Assembly (NCBI RefSeq): GCF_001194135.2
Contig: NC_068982.1
Location: 26,247,214 to 26,311,213 of the forward strand
Direction: 5' to 3'
Length of the DNA: 64,000 bases
Source of the DNA: Octopus bimaculoides
Taxonomy: Eukaryota
The notes beneath the pieces are model-generated. The model was not told where the DNA came from. It worked only from the letters and a program-made list of their open reading frames with translations, and did no database searches. Shown here one piece after another: positions 40,567-52,450 of the stretch (the stretch's first letter is position 1; the number at the start of each line of letters is the position of its first letter). A program made the translations under genes and the position numbers.

Positions 40567-41468
40567 TATATCATTCACACATACGCACGCACATAATATA
40601 TGCTCACATACATACATATACGCATATATACATACATATAATAAATGTGTTTTAGAATGATTTATATTAGATACTATGGATCATTGTTTATGCAAATTTC
40701 TGTTGAAGACTTAAGTAAGGTGATCAGTGAAATTTGAACGAAAGCTTGTTATACTTGACAGCTTCCCCGGTTTCGTTTCCCGGTTTCATTTACGTCAGTA
40801 ATACAGTTGAAGAAAATATAGACGTCACAACGTCCTATTACCGTATCTTTTAGAAAACTGTGCGCGCTTTATACTTTCGTATGAAAAGGTTAAGTACATA
40901 ATTATGCAGATAGTGAATATATGAATACACATAACTATATACGTGCGGGAAGCCAGGCGAACAGACAGGCACGTGTAGGAGTGTGTAATGTAAGTTGGCG
41001 TTGGGGAATTCCTAACTTGCAATCATGATAATATACATATTTGCGTAAATGTGTGTGTGTGTGCGTGTGTGCGTGTGTACGTGTATGTTTGAGTTGGTTT
41101 GAATGCGAAGTACTCAAGTGCCTACTGCAGGATGAAATACATGTGTGTATGATGCAAGTAATAATCAGTGTGAGAATAATGCTTAAGTGTGTCAAGTAGT
41201 GAAGTGCTAGGTGTGACGATATCTATTTATCTACTCTTGTAGAAGAGGTAGACGAGATAGTATGTCACTGGGCTACAAGAATTTTAATATTCATGTTTTC
41301 TTTTTCACGTCTCTGAGTACAAATTTCACTGAATTAACCCATTTTCTGAACTTCCGCTGCCGTTAAATTAATGGTCATAATGCATCCTTGTCAACGAAAA
41401 AAAAATCAGAAGTAGAACTTGTAAAGGTTAAAAGAGTGTTTATTCTTAATAAATTTAACATCTCAGCA

Positions 41469-41510
<42 letters not shown>

Positions 41511-41769
41511 AGAAATACACCCACCCCATATATATATATATATACAATAGTTTCATAGTTCCATAATTCCTGTCTTGGTTACGAGCTTGGAACCCTGGTA
41601 ATCCGTTACAGCACTCACCCAGCATACCTATCCGTTTAGACGTTTAGATCACCTGTGAACTAAACCCCTATATTTCATATATATTTATATATTTGTTTCG
41701 CTCACGCAGCATGCAGTCATTCTGGAGCACCACCGTCATTGTTTTATTATTATTATTATTTTTGCTTTT

Positions 41770-42010
41770 ACTTATTGTTATATGTATGATTTCTTCAGGA
41801 TGGTGGGTTTCCATACCACCACACCTGCATGGTTGTGGCTCATTTGCTGTATGAGCACGTTTGAGAATGGTGCCCTCATTTGCATGTGACTCCGGGCCAC
41901 TGGTTCACTCGGTATTGTGGATAGCAGAACGTCCAATTCCTTTTTACAGACAACCAGACAACCTGACTAGGTTTCGTAATTATTCGTTTGCAAGTGCTGT
42001 GGCACTTTGA
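41770..42010 (-). mobile_element. CR1-type LINE 3' remnant
   Basis: Minus SLTFKVPQ...KELDVLLSTIPSEP...QMRAPFSNVLIQQM; homologous to the 42360 fragment. Confidence 0.55.
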
Positions 42011-42071
42011 ACGTTAAGCTGTTTATTTGTATGTATAGACACATACACACACACATACATATCTATCTATC

Positions 42072-42102
<31 letters not shown>

Positions 42103-42359
42103 AATACCTAACTGGACTCAAAAATCTTTTTCTCATAAGGATAAATATGAATCTCCTAGATTCTGTTCTGCTATTTCCCTTCTGAAGTTGTTTGTTAAAA
42201 TTTTGTTCATATTTCTTGCACTGAAGAGTACATTGATATATAATTAATTTATTTAATCAATTTGATTTAGTTCAATTCAATCATAAATTTCATTATTTGT
42301 ATATCTCTGTACGAAACGATCATCTGTATGAATTAAAATTCTCTTCTATATTTTAAGAT

Positions 42360-42780
42360 TGACCCGGTGAAACAGATGAGCTGTTAGGATAGGCTACAAG
42401 AACTGAAGACCTAATCCCTGTATGAGAAGGCGAGAAAGGTATGCAGCGACATACACGTGGAATATCTCGGAAGGTCTAGCTGCCAACTTCGGAATTAAAG
42501 GTTATACCAAACACCAAAATGGACAGCACTGCATGCCACCAAAGGTACTGTCTTCTTCATCTCAGATAAGGACCCAGTATTGCAACAGCTTGCGTTTCAC
42601 GTGACCACAACTTTTTAGCATCCTGCCAAGGGACCAAAGAGATCTGCAAGGAGTAGGTATGGAAAGGTTAAAAAAAGCACCTGGACAAAACTCCATCTGA
42701 ATCCTAGATGACAACACATCACGGCATAAGGTACAAAAAGTGCAGGCAGCTTCGTCCAACTTGCTTCTTTACCAAAAGCA
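42360..42780 (+). mobile_element. CR1-type LINE 3' fragment
   Basis: RRRERYAATYTWNISEGLAANFGI...RTQYCNSLRFT*PQLFSILPRDQRDL follows the CR1 ORF2 C-terminal pattern. Confidence 0.75.
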
Positions 42781-43243
42781 TATATATATTTATTTATTTA
42801 TGTGTTTCAGCCAAGTGGGAGAAGAAACAAACTTCTTCATCCACATTCTTTCTAATCTGGGCCGATAGCGGCAAATTATGTATGTATNNNNNNNNNNNNN
42901 NNNNNNNNNNNNNNNNNNNNNNNNNNNNNNNNNNNNNNNNNNNNNNNNNNNNNNNNNNNNNNNNNNNNNNNNNNNNNNNNNNNNNNNNNNNNNNNNNNNN
43001 NNNNNNNNNNNNNNNNNNNNNNNNNNNNNNNNNNNNNNNNNNNNNNNNNNNNNNNNNNNNNNNNNNNNNNNNNNNNNNNNNNNNNNNNNNNNNNNNNNNN
43101 NNNNNNNNNNNNNNNNNNNNNNNNNNNNNNNNNNNNNNNNNNNNNNNNNNNNNNNNNNNNNNNNNNNNNNNNNNNNNNNNNNNNNNNNNNNNNNNNNNNN
43201 NNNNNNNNNNNNNNNNNNNNNNNNNNNNNNNNNNNNNNNNNNN

Positions 43244-43274
<31 letters not shown>

Positions 43275-43301
43275 GAGTGTGTGTGTGTGTGTGTATATAT
43301 A

Positions 43302-43685
43302 GGCGCAAGAGTGGCTGTGTGGTAAGTAGCTTGCTTACCAACCACATGATTCCGGGTTCAGTCCCACTGCGTGGCACCTTGGGCAAGTATCTGTTACTCT
43401 AGTCTCGGGCCGACCAAAGCCTTGTGAATGGATTTGGTAGACAGAAATTGAAAGACGCCCGTCGTATATATATTTTATATATATGTGTGTGTGTATTTGT
43501 ATGCCTGTGTTTGTCCCCCCACCATCGCTTGTGTGTTTAGGTCACAGTAACTTAGCGATTCGGAAAAAGAGGCCGATAGAATGAGTACTAGGCTTATAAA
43601 GAATACGTCCTGGGGTCTATTTATTCGACTAAAGGCAGTGCTCCAACATGGCCGCAGTCAAATGACTGAAACAAATAAAAGAATA
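43302..43685 (+). mobile_element. tRNA-derived SINE family 2, near complete
   Basis: Head ggcgcaagagtggctgtgtggtaag (A-box-like TGGCTGTGTGG) and gggttcagtccc (B-box); central (TA)/(GT) tract; tail ggccgcagtcaaatgactgaaacaaataaaag. Confidence 0.92.
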
Positions 43686-44871
43686 TAAAGACAAAGAGAG
43701 GGAGAAAGAGTAGTTAAAGCCAACCCCATGCGTGATGAATGGCCATTGTTTTTAAAAATAAATAGAAAACAAAAACAAATGGATTTTCTCCTTGGTACGG
43801 AAATAAATGAAGTCTATTTCATTTGTAACTGTGGTCAATACAAAACTAAATAAATCAATTTAATTTAGAAGCCCATTTTATGATCTTCGATCGTGTATAC
43901 CATATTTAAAATATATTTACCGTCATTTATCCACATTAGTTCGTAACCCAAGCATATATATTGTAAGAAGTAAAGGAGGGAGAAGAAACAATATTTTTCA
44001 TCCACATTCAAACACGCTTTCTAATCTATCGCTGGGCTGATAGCGACAAGTGATGTTTTTCTTTTTCTTTTTAAAAACAATGGCCATTCAACACGCATTT
44101 AACTGCTCTTTCTCCCTCTCTTTGTCTTTATATATATACATATACACATACATACATACATATATATANNNNNNNNNNNNNNNNNNNNNNNNNNNNNNNN
44201 NNNNNNNNNNNNNNNNNNNNNNNNNNNNNNNNNNNNNNNNNNNNNNNNNNNNNNNNNNNNNNNNNNNNNNNNNNNNNNNNNTATATATTTATATACATAA
44301 TTTACCGCTACATAGCTTCCTCATTTATAAAAGCTATAAATGTCAGTTGAGAATACTTCCATATGAGAAGAGGAGATATTGCTGGGAATCCAGAATCTGA
44401 CCTGTCATTAAGGAAAAGGACGGCTTATTTTTAGGACACATTTGTTTCTGCCTCAACATACGTCATCAGCACGGCAGTTGGCCTCACCAATCTCCATCAA
44501 CCAAGGAACATAAACTACTAATAAAAGGTACATTGTCTAGGAGCGATGATAATTTTGATATATGAAGATTTTAATTTGTATCTAATTTAAAATTATAAAC
44601 ACTCGTGGGTAAATTAATAACTTCAAAACACACGTACAATTTTCATAAAGATGAAAACACTTTCATCGAAGAGCATGGACTTTCAGTAAACCAATTCAGT
44701 CTTTCATTACTCTCTTTGGATACAAAAGAAAAACGATGCAGAAAACAGCTGCTATGCAGATGTGAGGATTTCTCTGAAAATCAATTTTAAAAATGTATTT
44801 ACAAAAAGATACTACCAAATCGATAGCTTTTTGCCCTAATTAAAAATTCAGTTTTACCAATAATGATTTAT

Positions 44872-45060
44872 GATTTAGGCACACGGCCACCAATTTGAAG
44901 AAGGGGAAAAGTTGATTATATCGGCTAATACTTCAATGGTACTTTATTGTATCGATCTCAGGAGATAAGTAGCCGGAACAAATATCGCTAGGTAGTTTGT
45001 TTTTCTTGATACTCTAATAAATCTTGCCCAGTCTCTAACAGAATGATTTGCAATCAGAGA
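44872..45060 (-). mobile_element. SINE family 1, highly diverged
   Basis: gatttaggcacacggcca...ggtactttattgtatcgatctc resembles the reverse-complement tail seen at 4011 and 7533. Confidence 0.45.
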
Positions 45061-45292
45061 AATCAACAATATAAATCGCATTTTATAAAATACTACCCGA
45101 AAGTGGAAGGGAGAAAGCTCTCTAAAGTTCAACATGTGTCATGTTGTAGTAAGTGAAATGATAGTGTTCAGTCTTTTAACCCAGCTTTTTTTTTATAGAA
45201 ATAATTAAAATAATGAATCAATTATTTACTGACATATTAAAGCTGATAATTGCATTCGTAGGTTGGATGGTACATATATGTGGCTGTGAGTG

Positions 45293-45331
<39 letters not shown>

Positions 45332-45379
45332 ATGTATCTGCGTGTATGTGTGTATACATATATATATGTACATACACGC

Positions 45380-46170
45380 AGAACGAATCAAATTGAGATG
45401 GCGTGTATGAAGTGAAAACCTAAAGGCAGGAACATAGGAGATGGACATAAGAGGTGTCGGCAGTGAAGCGAAGAAAGAAAGATCATGGCTGGCCGAACAC
45501 CGGTCACGTGGAAGTAGGAGAGATGGATAGGGGCAGCGGGACTAAAGGATTAGAAGAAAAAACAGAGACAAAGACATACAGAGACAAAGAAACATCAATT
45601 AGAAGGACAGGCAAAAAAGACGGGTCATTCATGGCTTTCTTTCCTCAGTCAAATACCAGAAGTCACGACCATTTCGGGTTGTTACACTTGAGATGGTACG
45701 ATTGGTTGTCCCCCAAAAAGTCTAAGCTAAGAGCATTAGACTCCTTTGTAAGCTAGTAAATGTGTACGTCAACAAAGGCACAAAAACAAACAAACAAAAA
45801 ACAGAGAACATGGTACACAATTACGAATACAAACAAGAAATAACAGGTGTCTTTTGACTGAGAACGAATCAAATTGAGCTGGCGTGTATGCGGTGAAAGA
45901 TTAAAGGCAGGAACATGGGAGATGGACATAAGAGGCGTTGGCGGTCGGCAGTCAGGTCAAGAAAGAAAGATCATGGCTGGCCGGACTTGGGGGCAACCAG
46001 ATCGAACCATCTCAAGGATAACTGCCCGAAATGGTCGTGACTTCTGGTACTTGACTGAGGAAAGAAAGCTACGAATGACTCTTTTTTTTTTTACTTGCCT
46101 AATTGTTGTTTCTCTTGTCTGCCTTTGTATCGTCTATCTGTCCGAATATTTTTGTGTCCTCTATTGCGTT
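45380..46170 (+). mobile_element. Penelope-like element remnant: direct and inverted pseudo-LTR fragments
   Basis: Direct repeat 45380-45497 / 45861-45985 and inverted repeat ~45555-45720 / 45983-46140. The direct unit translates to IE(M/L)ACM(K/R)*K(P/I)KGRN(I/M)GDGH, resembling the end of a GIY-YIG domain. Class is inferred. Confidence 0.5.
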
Positions 46171-46178
46171 TTTGTTCC

Positions 46179-46218
<40 letters not shown>

Positions 46219-46986
46219 CGGCGTACGTACACCCTACTGCATATATACATTTAGGCGCATGCACGTGGATGTGCGGGCGCGCATGTTTATGTATGGACTT
46301 TCGCGCTTATGCGATTACTATGAACATGTTTACTCCCTTACCTAGCGGTCATTCTAATAGCTCTTTTGCCTTAATAACGGTCAATCACACAGTAATTTCC
46401 CTTTGTTTAACGGTCATTTTCATAGCATTTCATTCCATTTTCACCCCCTTCCTATTTCACCGTATTCTCCATCTGACACTCTCTCTCTCACTTTCTCTTT
46501 ATTTCTCTCTCACTATTCACACTTTTCCTCACGTGAATAGACTTCTTTTCCTGCACGGACGTTCAAAAGGCTGAACGTTTTTCTTTCTCTTCTATCTTTT
46601 CTCTATTCAAAGAAAATATTTCTCCCAGCGCTCCGCTCACTATTTTCCTCTCGTTCTGGTCTAATGACCCTCTCTGTTTTCCTTCGGTTTCCTTGTATGT
46701 CTTCAGTGTCCTGTTTTTGACCCAATTTTGACCATCCATGAATCCTAAATTTTATTTTAGAATTTATGGGAGCAACTGTCTTTGAAAACTCTTATTGTCG
46801 TTGAATGCTCGAAATAAGGAGTAGATTGACAGCTGACGATTGACGAAGGGTCCTTTGTCTGTGTTTACTTGGTCCTGTTTTCCATTTCTGTCTCGTTGTT
46901 TACGTATCTAACACTTTTATTTAAGTATTTCATACTCCTTGCACAGTTGGTGACCTCCTGTACCCATATATGCATATGTATATACA

Positions 46987-47028
<42 letters not shown>

Positions 47029-47299
47029 NNNNNNNNNNNNNNNNNNNNNNNNNNNNNNNNNNNNNNNNNNNNNNNNNNNNNNNNNNNNNNNNNNNNNNNN
47101 NNNNNNNNNNNNNNNNNNNNNNNNNNNNNNNNNNNNNNNNNNNNNNNNNNNNNNNNNNNNNNNNNNNNNNNNNNNNNNNNNNNNNNNNNNNNNNNNNNNN
47201 NNNNNNNNNNNNNNNNNNNNNNNNNNNNNNNNNNNNNNNNNNNNNNNNNNNNNNNNNTATGACAGATATAGTTTACTGTGCAAATGATTTGATTACCAA

Positions 47300-47490
47300 A
47301 GGAGAGTCATGCTACCATCGTGGCTGAGTGGACGCCAAGAGGAAGAAGAGAGAGAGGTAAAGATACAAGAGGTGGTGAAGTCCGTTCAAGGACATGACCA
47401 TGCTGTCAGTTGTTCCGAGTGACGTTTGGAGGAAGGCAATCAATCGGGAAGTGTGGAGAAGGTTCTTTGTTCGTTGTGCTAAGAAATAGA
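47300..47490 (+). mobile_element. RTE-type LINE 3' end remnant
   Basis: EWTPRGRRERG...WW...QGHDH/DMTMLSVVPSDVWRKAINREVWRR resembles the RTE terminus (GRP..W...D...DR..WR). Confidence 0.45.
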
Positions 47491-47747
47491 CCCACACAGA
47501 CACACACTATGTTTGCATTACGCACACCCACTTATCTAACTAGTTGATATCTAAATTTCAAGAGAGCCGATGCTAAATGAAAAAGACGTAAACAAACTAG
47601 CACCGGTTGTCAATCTTTGTAGGGGACGAATGGAAACACACACACACACATGCACACACACACACATTGACACGCACATATACATCACCATGCTTCCTTA
47701 AGTGTCCGTTTGCCAGATCCTCTGCTATAGCAGAAGACATAGGCCCA

Positions 47748-47792
<45 letters not shown>

Positions 47793-48663
47793 TGCTATGT
47801 GTGTTTCAGCATGTCTGTGCAACTGGGCCGAGTGTGTACTAGCGTGTGTGTGAGCATCTATATGTGTGTATCCGTGAGTGAGTGTGTGTGTGTGTTTGTG
47901 TGTATGTGTGTATGAGCGAGAATGTGTTTGCTCATTGTTTATCCGTAGTCCTTCTTCTGCCTCGACTCTCTTTGTATAGTGAAAATACACAGGCTTATAA
48001 ATAAATACATTTCTTATACATATATATATATATAAATATATATATATATAATTTTTATATACATACAGACATATATACATACATGCATACATGCATACAT
48101 ACATACATGCATACATACGTACATACAAACATACACAGACACATTCTTGGTTGTACGATGATTGTCAGGGTATTTCTGGCAGCTTGTCTTAATAGTTCTT
48201 TTTTGGCCTGGACAACAAACACTTTTATCACATTTATTATATTTAGTCCTGACAAGTGACAGATATGCCAAATAGCGGAATGAAGCTCATAAAAATTGTT
48301 TGCAGGTTACTATAGACAAAAAGGAAATAACAAATGAGAAACAAAGCAGAAAGAAAAACAACCAACATAAAAAAGAACAACTGTTCAGATCTGTTTCAAT
48401 GAAAATATCTATAAAAGATAAAATGTATATAACATAGTTGTGAAAAAGCATTTGGTTAAAGTCAATTGTTTATATAAAAATGTCACAGAATTAAGACTTC
48501 TCTAGTAAGTGAAACACAAACCTTTTATCATTCAGTTGAAAATTTGAAAATTATTTGTATCAGAAAAGAAATCCTTGGCTGAAAATGTTTCTTATATCTT
48601 ATGTCTTACAAGTAGACACACGTAAAAAACACACGGAGATGCGCACGCACGCACGCACGCGCG

Positions 48664-48718
<55 letters not shown>

Positions 48719-48755
48719 ACATGCACACGCACACACAGAGAAACATTGTATGTTA

Positions 48756-49295
48756 TAGCCGGTCATAGAAGGACCATTGGTTTCGCGCATATAAAGCGCT
48801 TAATGGTATATGTAACTCGTTGGCTCAAATGGGCGAGCGCGCGTAACCGCTCTACAACTGGAGGAGGAAATACGTCAAGATCAATTAGTTTTGTAAGCAA
48901 AAATATTTGTCCGTGCACGATACTGCAGGTGGGACGGGATTATCCAACTTATATCGGCTCCGTCTATGGTGATAAAAAAAAAAACTCGCGCGTACTGGGG
49001 TCCTTTTTCAACTCCAGGTTAGAAGTCAATCTAAAACGTTTCCTCCTACAAACTTGGAAGTCATCATTCCTTGAATAGGCCCGCTACATCTCCTTCGACT
49101 GTCATCACGGCCGAAGCCGATGTAATGAATATAATTTCGTCCCACCCGTAGCAACCCTGCATGGACAAATATGTGACGTATTTCTTTCTCCAGGTGCAGA
49201 GAGGATATGGGCTTTCTATCATTCGAGTTGGCAAATCGCCTATACTATTAACGGCTACATGCGTGCAAAAGCAATGGTCACTCTATAACGGGCCA
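48756..49295. mobile_element. Old TIR element, 540 bp, flanked by TA
   Basis: The left ~210 bp aligns by eye at roughly 70% to the reverse complement of the right ~190 bp (tagccggtcatagaaggaccattgg vs tggcccgttatagagtgaccattgc); TA on both sides. Confidence 0.6.
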
Positions 49296-49388
49296 TACAT
49301 TTAACTTCCTAAGAATATATTACTGCTTTAATGCTTTAAATTGTACTTCATTTTCGGATATATGAACTACTGGCGATTTGTATATATA

Positions 49389-49490
49389 CATGACGGGTTT
49401 CTTTCAGTTTCCATCTACCAAATCCACTTATTCCTGAGCTCTAAGTAAACTACACTTGCCCAAGATACCAAGAAGTAAGACTGAATCGAA
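49389..49490 (-). mobile_element. SINE family 2, partial
   Basis: gacgggtttctttcagtttccatctaccaaatccact...acttgcccaag is the reverse complement of the 43380-43460 region. Confidence 0.7.
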
Positions 49491-50411
49491 TGGCATATTG
49501 TTTGAAAGCAAACTTCATCACACACAAATGCGCGCGCGCTTATATATATAGTAAATCCCCCAAAAAGAACAAACAAAATAAAATAACAACGCGAGGACGT
49601 GGTACATGTAATATTATCAGCAGAAGCTCAGGAAAAGAATATNNNNNNNNNNATATATATATATATATATATTACACACACAAACAAACAGAGGGGGATA
49701 GATAGATAGATAGATAGATAGACAGACAGGCAGGCATGCAGGCAGAGAAACAGACAGACAGACAGAAAGACAAATAGATAGATAGATAGATAGATAGATA
49801 GAGTGAGGCGTATGTATGTATAATTAAATTCGATCAGCTGAAGCCCATTTTAGTGAATACTGTCAATTTCTTTTCACGAATCCGTATAATTCCTTTGTCC
49901 GCCAAGCTGGAATCTAAATTTTCCCTCCTAATCATACGAACCCCCAACTTCTCCCTATTCGCAGGTACAACATGATGAATGAAAACATTCTTTTCGTATT
50001 ATCAAAAATGCCAATTAAAATTAACACTTCGGATAAATGAAGTTCCTCTCGGGGAATTACATCTGGAAAGGAGATAACTGAAACATATGAAGTCCCAAAA
50101 TGATTATATAAAGATATAATGAATGCAGACAGTAGAATGTTATAGAACTAGTAAAGGGTTACAGTCGGCACTGATTTTGCCGTTTAGTCAGATACAAAAA
50201 CAAAAGTGTTATAGGAAATTGACACTTTTCAACGGGCGCGATATGACGTTAATCTGCTCAAAACAACAGGATAAGTCTCAAATTAATCTTTTGACTTAAT
50301 GTTAATTATTGCTTTTGATCAAACGAGATGAATAAGCGCACAAGAGAAAACTTCATTACTCACCTTGTATTAACGGTTGTTTCTTTTTCGGAATTTCCTC
50401 ACAACTAATGT

Positions 50412-50537
<126 letters not shown>

Positions 50538-51542
50538 ATTTCAAGTTTCGACTTTAACGGCTTTTTCAATCAGTCTTCTTGAATAAACTATTAAAGTCAC
50601 AGTGAATCCAGCAGTATTAATGAATTATGTAATAACTGTACAGAGGTTTATCATCAATAAATATTTCGTTGTTTTTTAAAAATTTGCTGCTTTATCAACG
50701 ATAGTAAGTAATATATATACATACATGAACGATCGAGTGTGCACGTGTGTGTTTGTGTGTGCATATGTGTGTGTATGCGAGCGCGCGCGAATTGTCTACT
50801 GATTTTGAATTGTTGATTGGGTCACCCATTTCTCTCCTTTGTTCGACAGAAAACAATACAATAATAAAAGAGTGAATCGACAACTATTTACGATTATTAT
50901 CATTATTATTATTCCACTATATACCTGGACTATATTTTGTAGGGAAATTAGTTCCAAATCTCACCAACTGAGCTCATTGTATTATTATTAGTAATTTTAT
51001 GATCGATGGAAGATGGCGTAAGAATTATAAAATGAATGCAGTTGTAAGTTCACCGTTTTTGGATGTATTTTACATCAGAAGATATAAAATAACAATTTCG
51101 TCTCTAAAGTCTGTTTCTCTGCTATGTATATATTACATTAGATTTTATACGACAACAATTATATCACCTGGTTGTTGGAGTTAAAGCTTCTGGTTCTGTG
51201 TGAACTTTATTTTACAAACTTTTCTGTTAAATATCCTTCATGTTTATTCTTATGCTAATATATTACTGATCACGATACTTATTTACATATTCATTTTATA
51301 TCTCAAATGAAGAATAATATGGTCATTGGTTAGAATTTTCCGACGCACAATACTGTTCGCTACGTTTCTGACAAGAATGATAAGGGAGTATAATTTGATG
51401 CAGAACAAATATCTCAAATTACTTTGTTCATAAAGTACTAGATCACTGCCCTTGCCGAAATGTCTATTCTTTGACGAAATATACCAGTAAAAAAACAAAA
51501 AGACTTGTGAACATGTGTGTGTGTGTGTGTTCAAATAGACAC

Positions 51543-51690
51543 GACGGATTTCTGTCTCCTACATTCCGCTGGTTAAATATTGGTCAGACAGAAGCCATGA
51601 TAAATTAAAGTTGCCCAAGGCACAGCGTTGTATTATTGAAGCTCTAATACCTGGTTGTGAAGCAAGAGTCCTAACTATATACCAATGCTG
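51543..51690 (-). mobile_element. SINE family 2, diverged head
   Basis: ttggtcagac...ttgcccaaggcacagcg...tggttgtgaagcaag resembles the reverse-complement family-2 head. Confidence 0.45.
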
Positions 51691-52049
51691 GCATCTCTAT
51701 GTTAGCTGTTTTTACTTTACTTATATAGGAATAGAGCAATACTAACTGAAGAGTATGTTATTTACTTAAGCATTTCTACTGCAAATAGAATTGGATATGA
51801 AGTTTATATAATACCTACTCTGTGACTTCTTAACCTAAATCCCGTTAATCGTCAGTCTACTTAGACTTTTGAAGTCAGTCCCTTAGAAACACTGCATCGC
51901 AGTTGCTATTGTCTTTTATTCGATCTGACTTTATATTTGTTTTGAGGATTTCTAATAGCAAAAGATTTTGTGTCTTGGTAAACATTCACGAGACCGTATC
52001 TAGAATAAAGCAACCTTACTAATTAGCTTGAACTCACTCACTACCACAC

Positions 52050-52450
52050 TCAAACCACTTGCCCACAAACATTTCTTCTCCTCTCTCAATCTTTTCTACA
52101 TCTGTTATGATGGCCTTTGCTCCTCGAATTGAAGGGCTCATAACATTTCGAACCAAGCATTTCCGACTCATTGATATGTCCGTTCATCATAATTGTTGCA
52201 TTAATCCACACACCACAATTCCTACATGAATCTCTAGACCCAGTCCTACTTACACAATCGCCACCCGTGTAGAATTCCATCCTCGGTTATATTTTTCCAT
52301 GCAATCTGCGAACTACATCTGTTCAGCAGGAACATTTGATCTCATCGTTCTGGAAGTGTCTGCATATACCATGATCACTGTCACTTCCACAACACCAATC
52401 CAATCTAAATAGATAAGTCAACAGTCTATATCCAGCGTCGAGTCTAAGAC
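52050..52450 (-). mobile_element. Possible LINE AP-endonuclease fragment
   Basis: Minus VTVIMVYADTS ... FYTGGDCVSRTG resembles the APE motifs IxxVYAP and GDFNARTG. Confidence 0.3.

Noticed and set aside
43302-43380. tRNA gene
   Set aside because: A and B boxes are present but there is no cloverleaf; it continues into a SINE body. The same applies to 60805.
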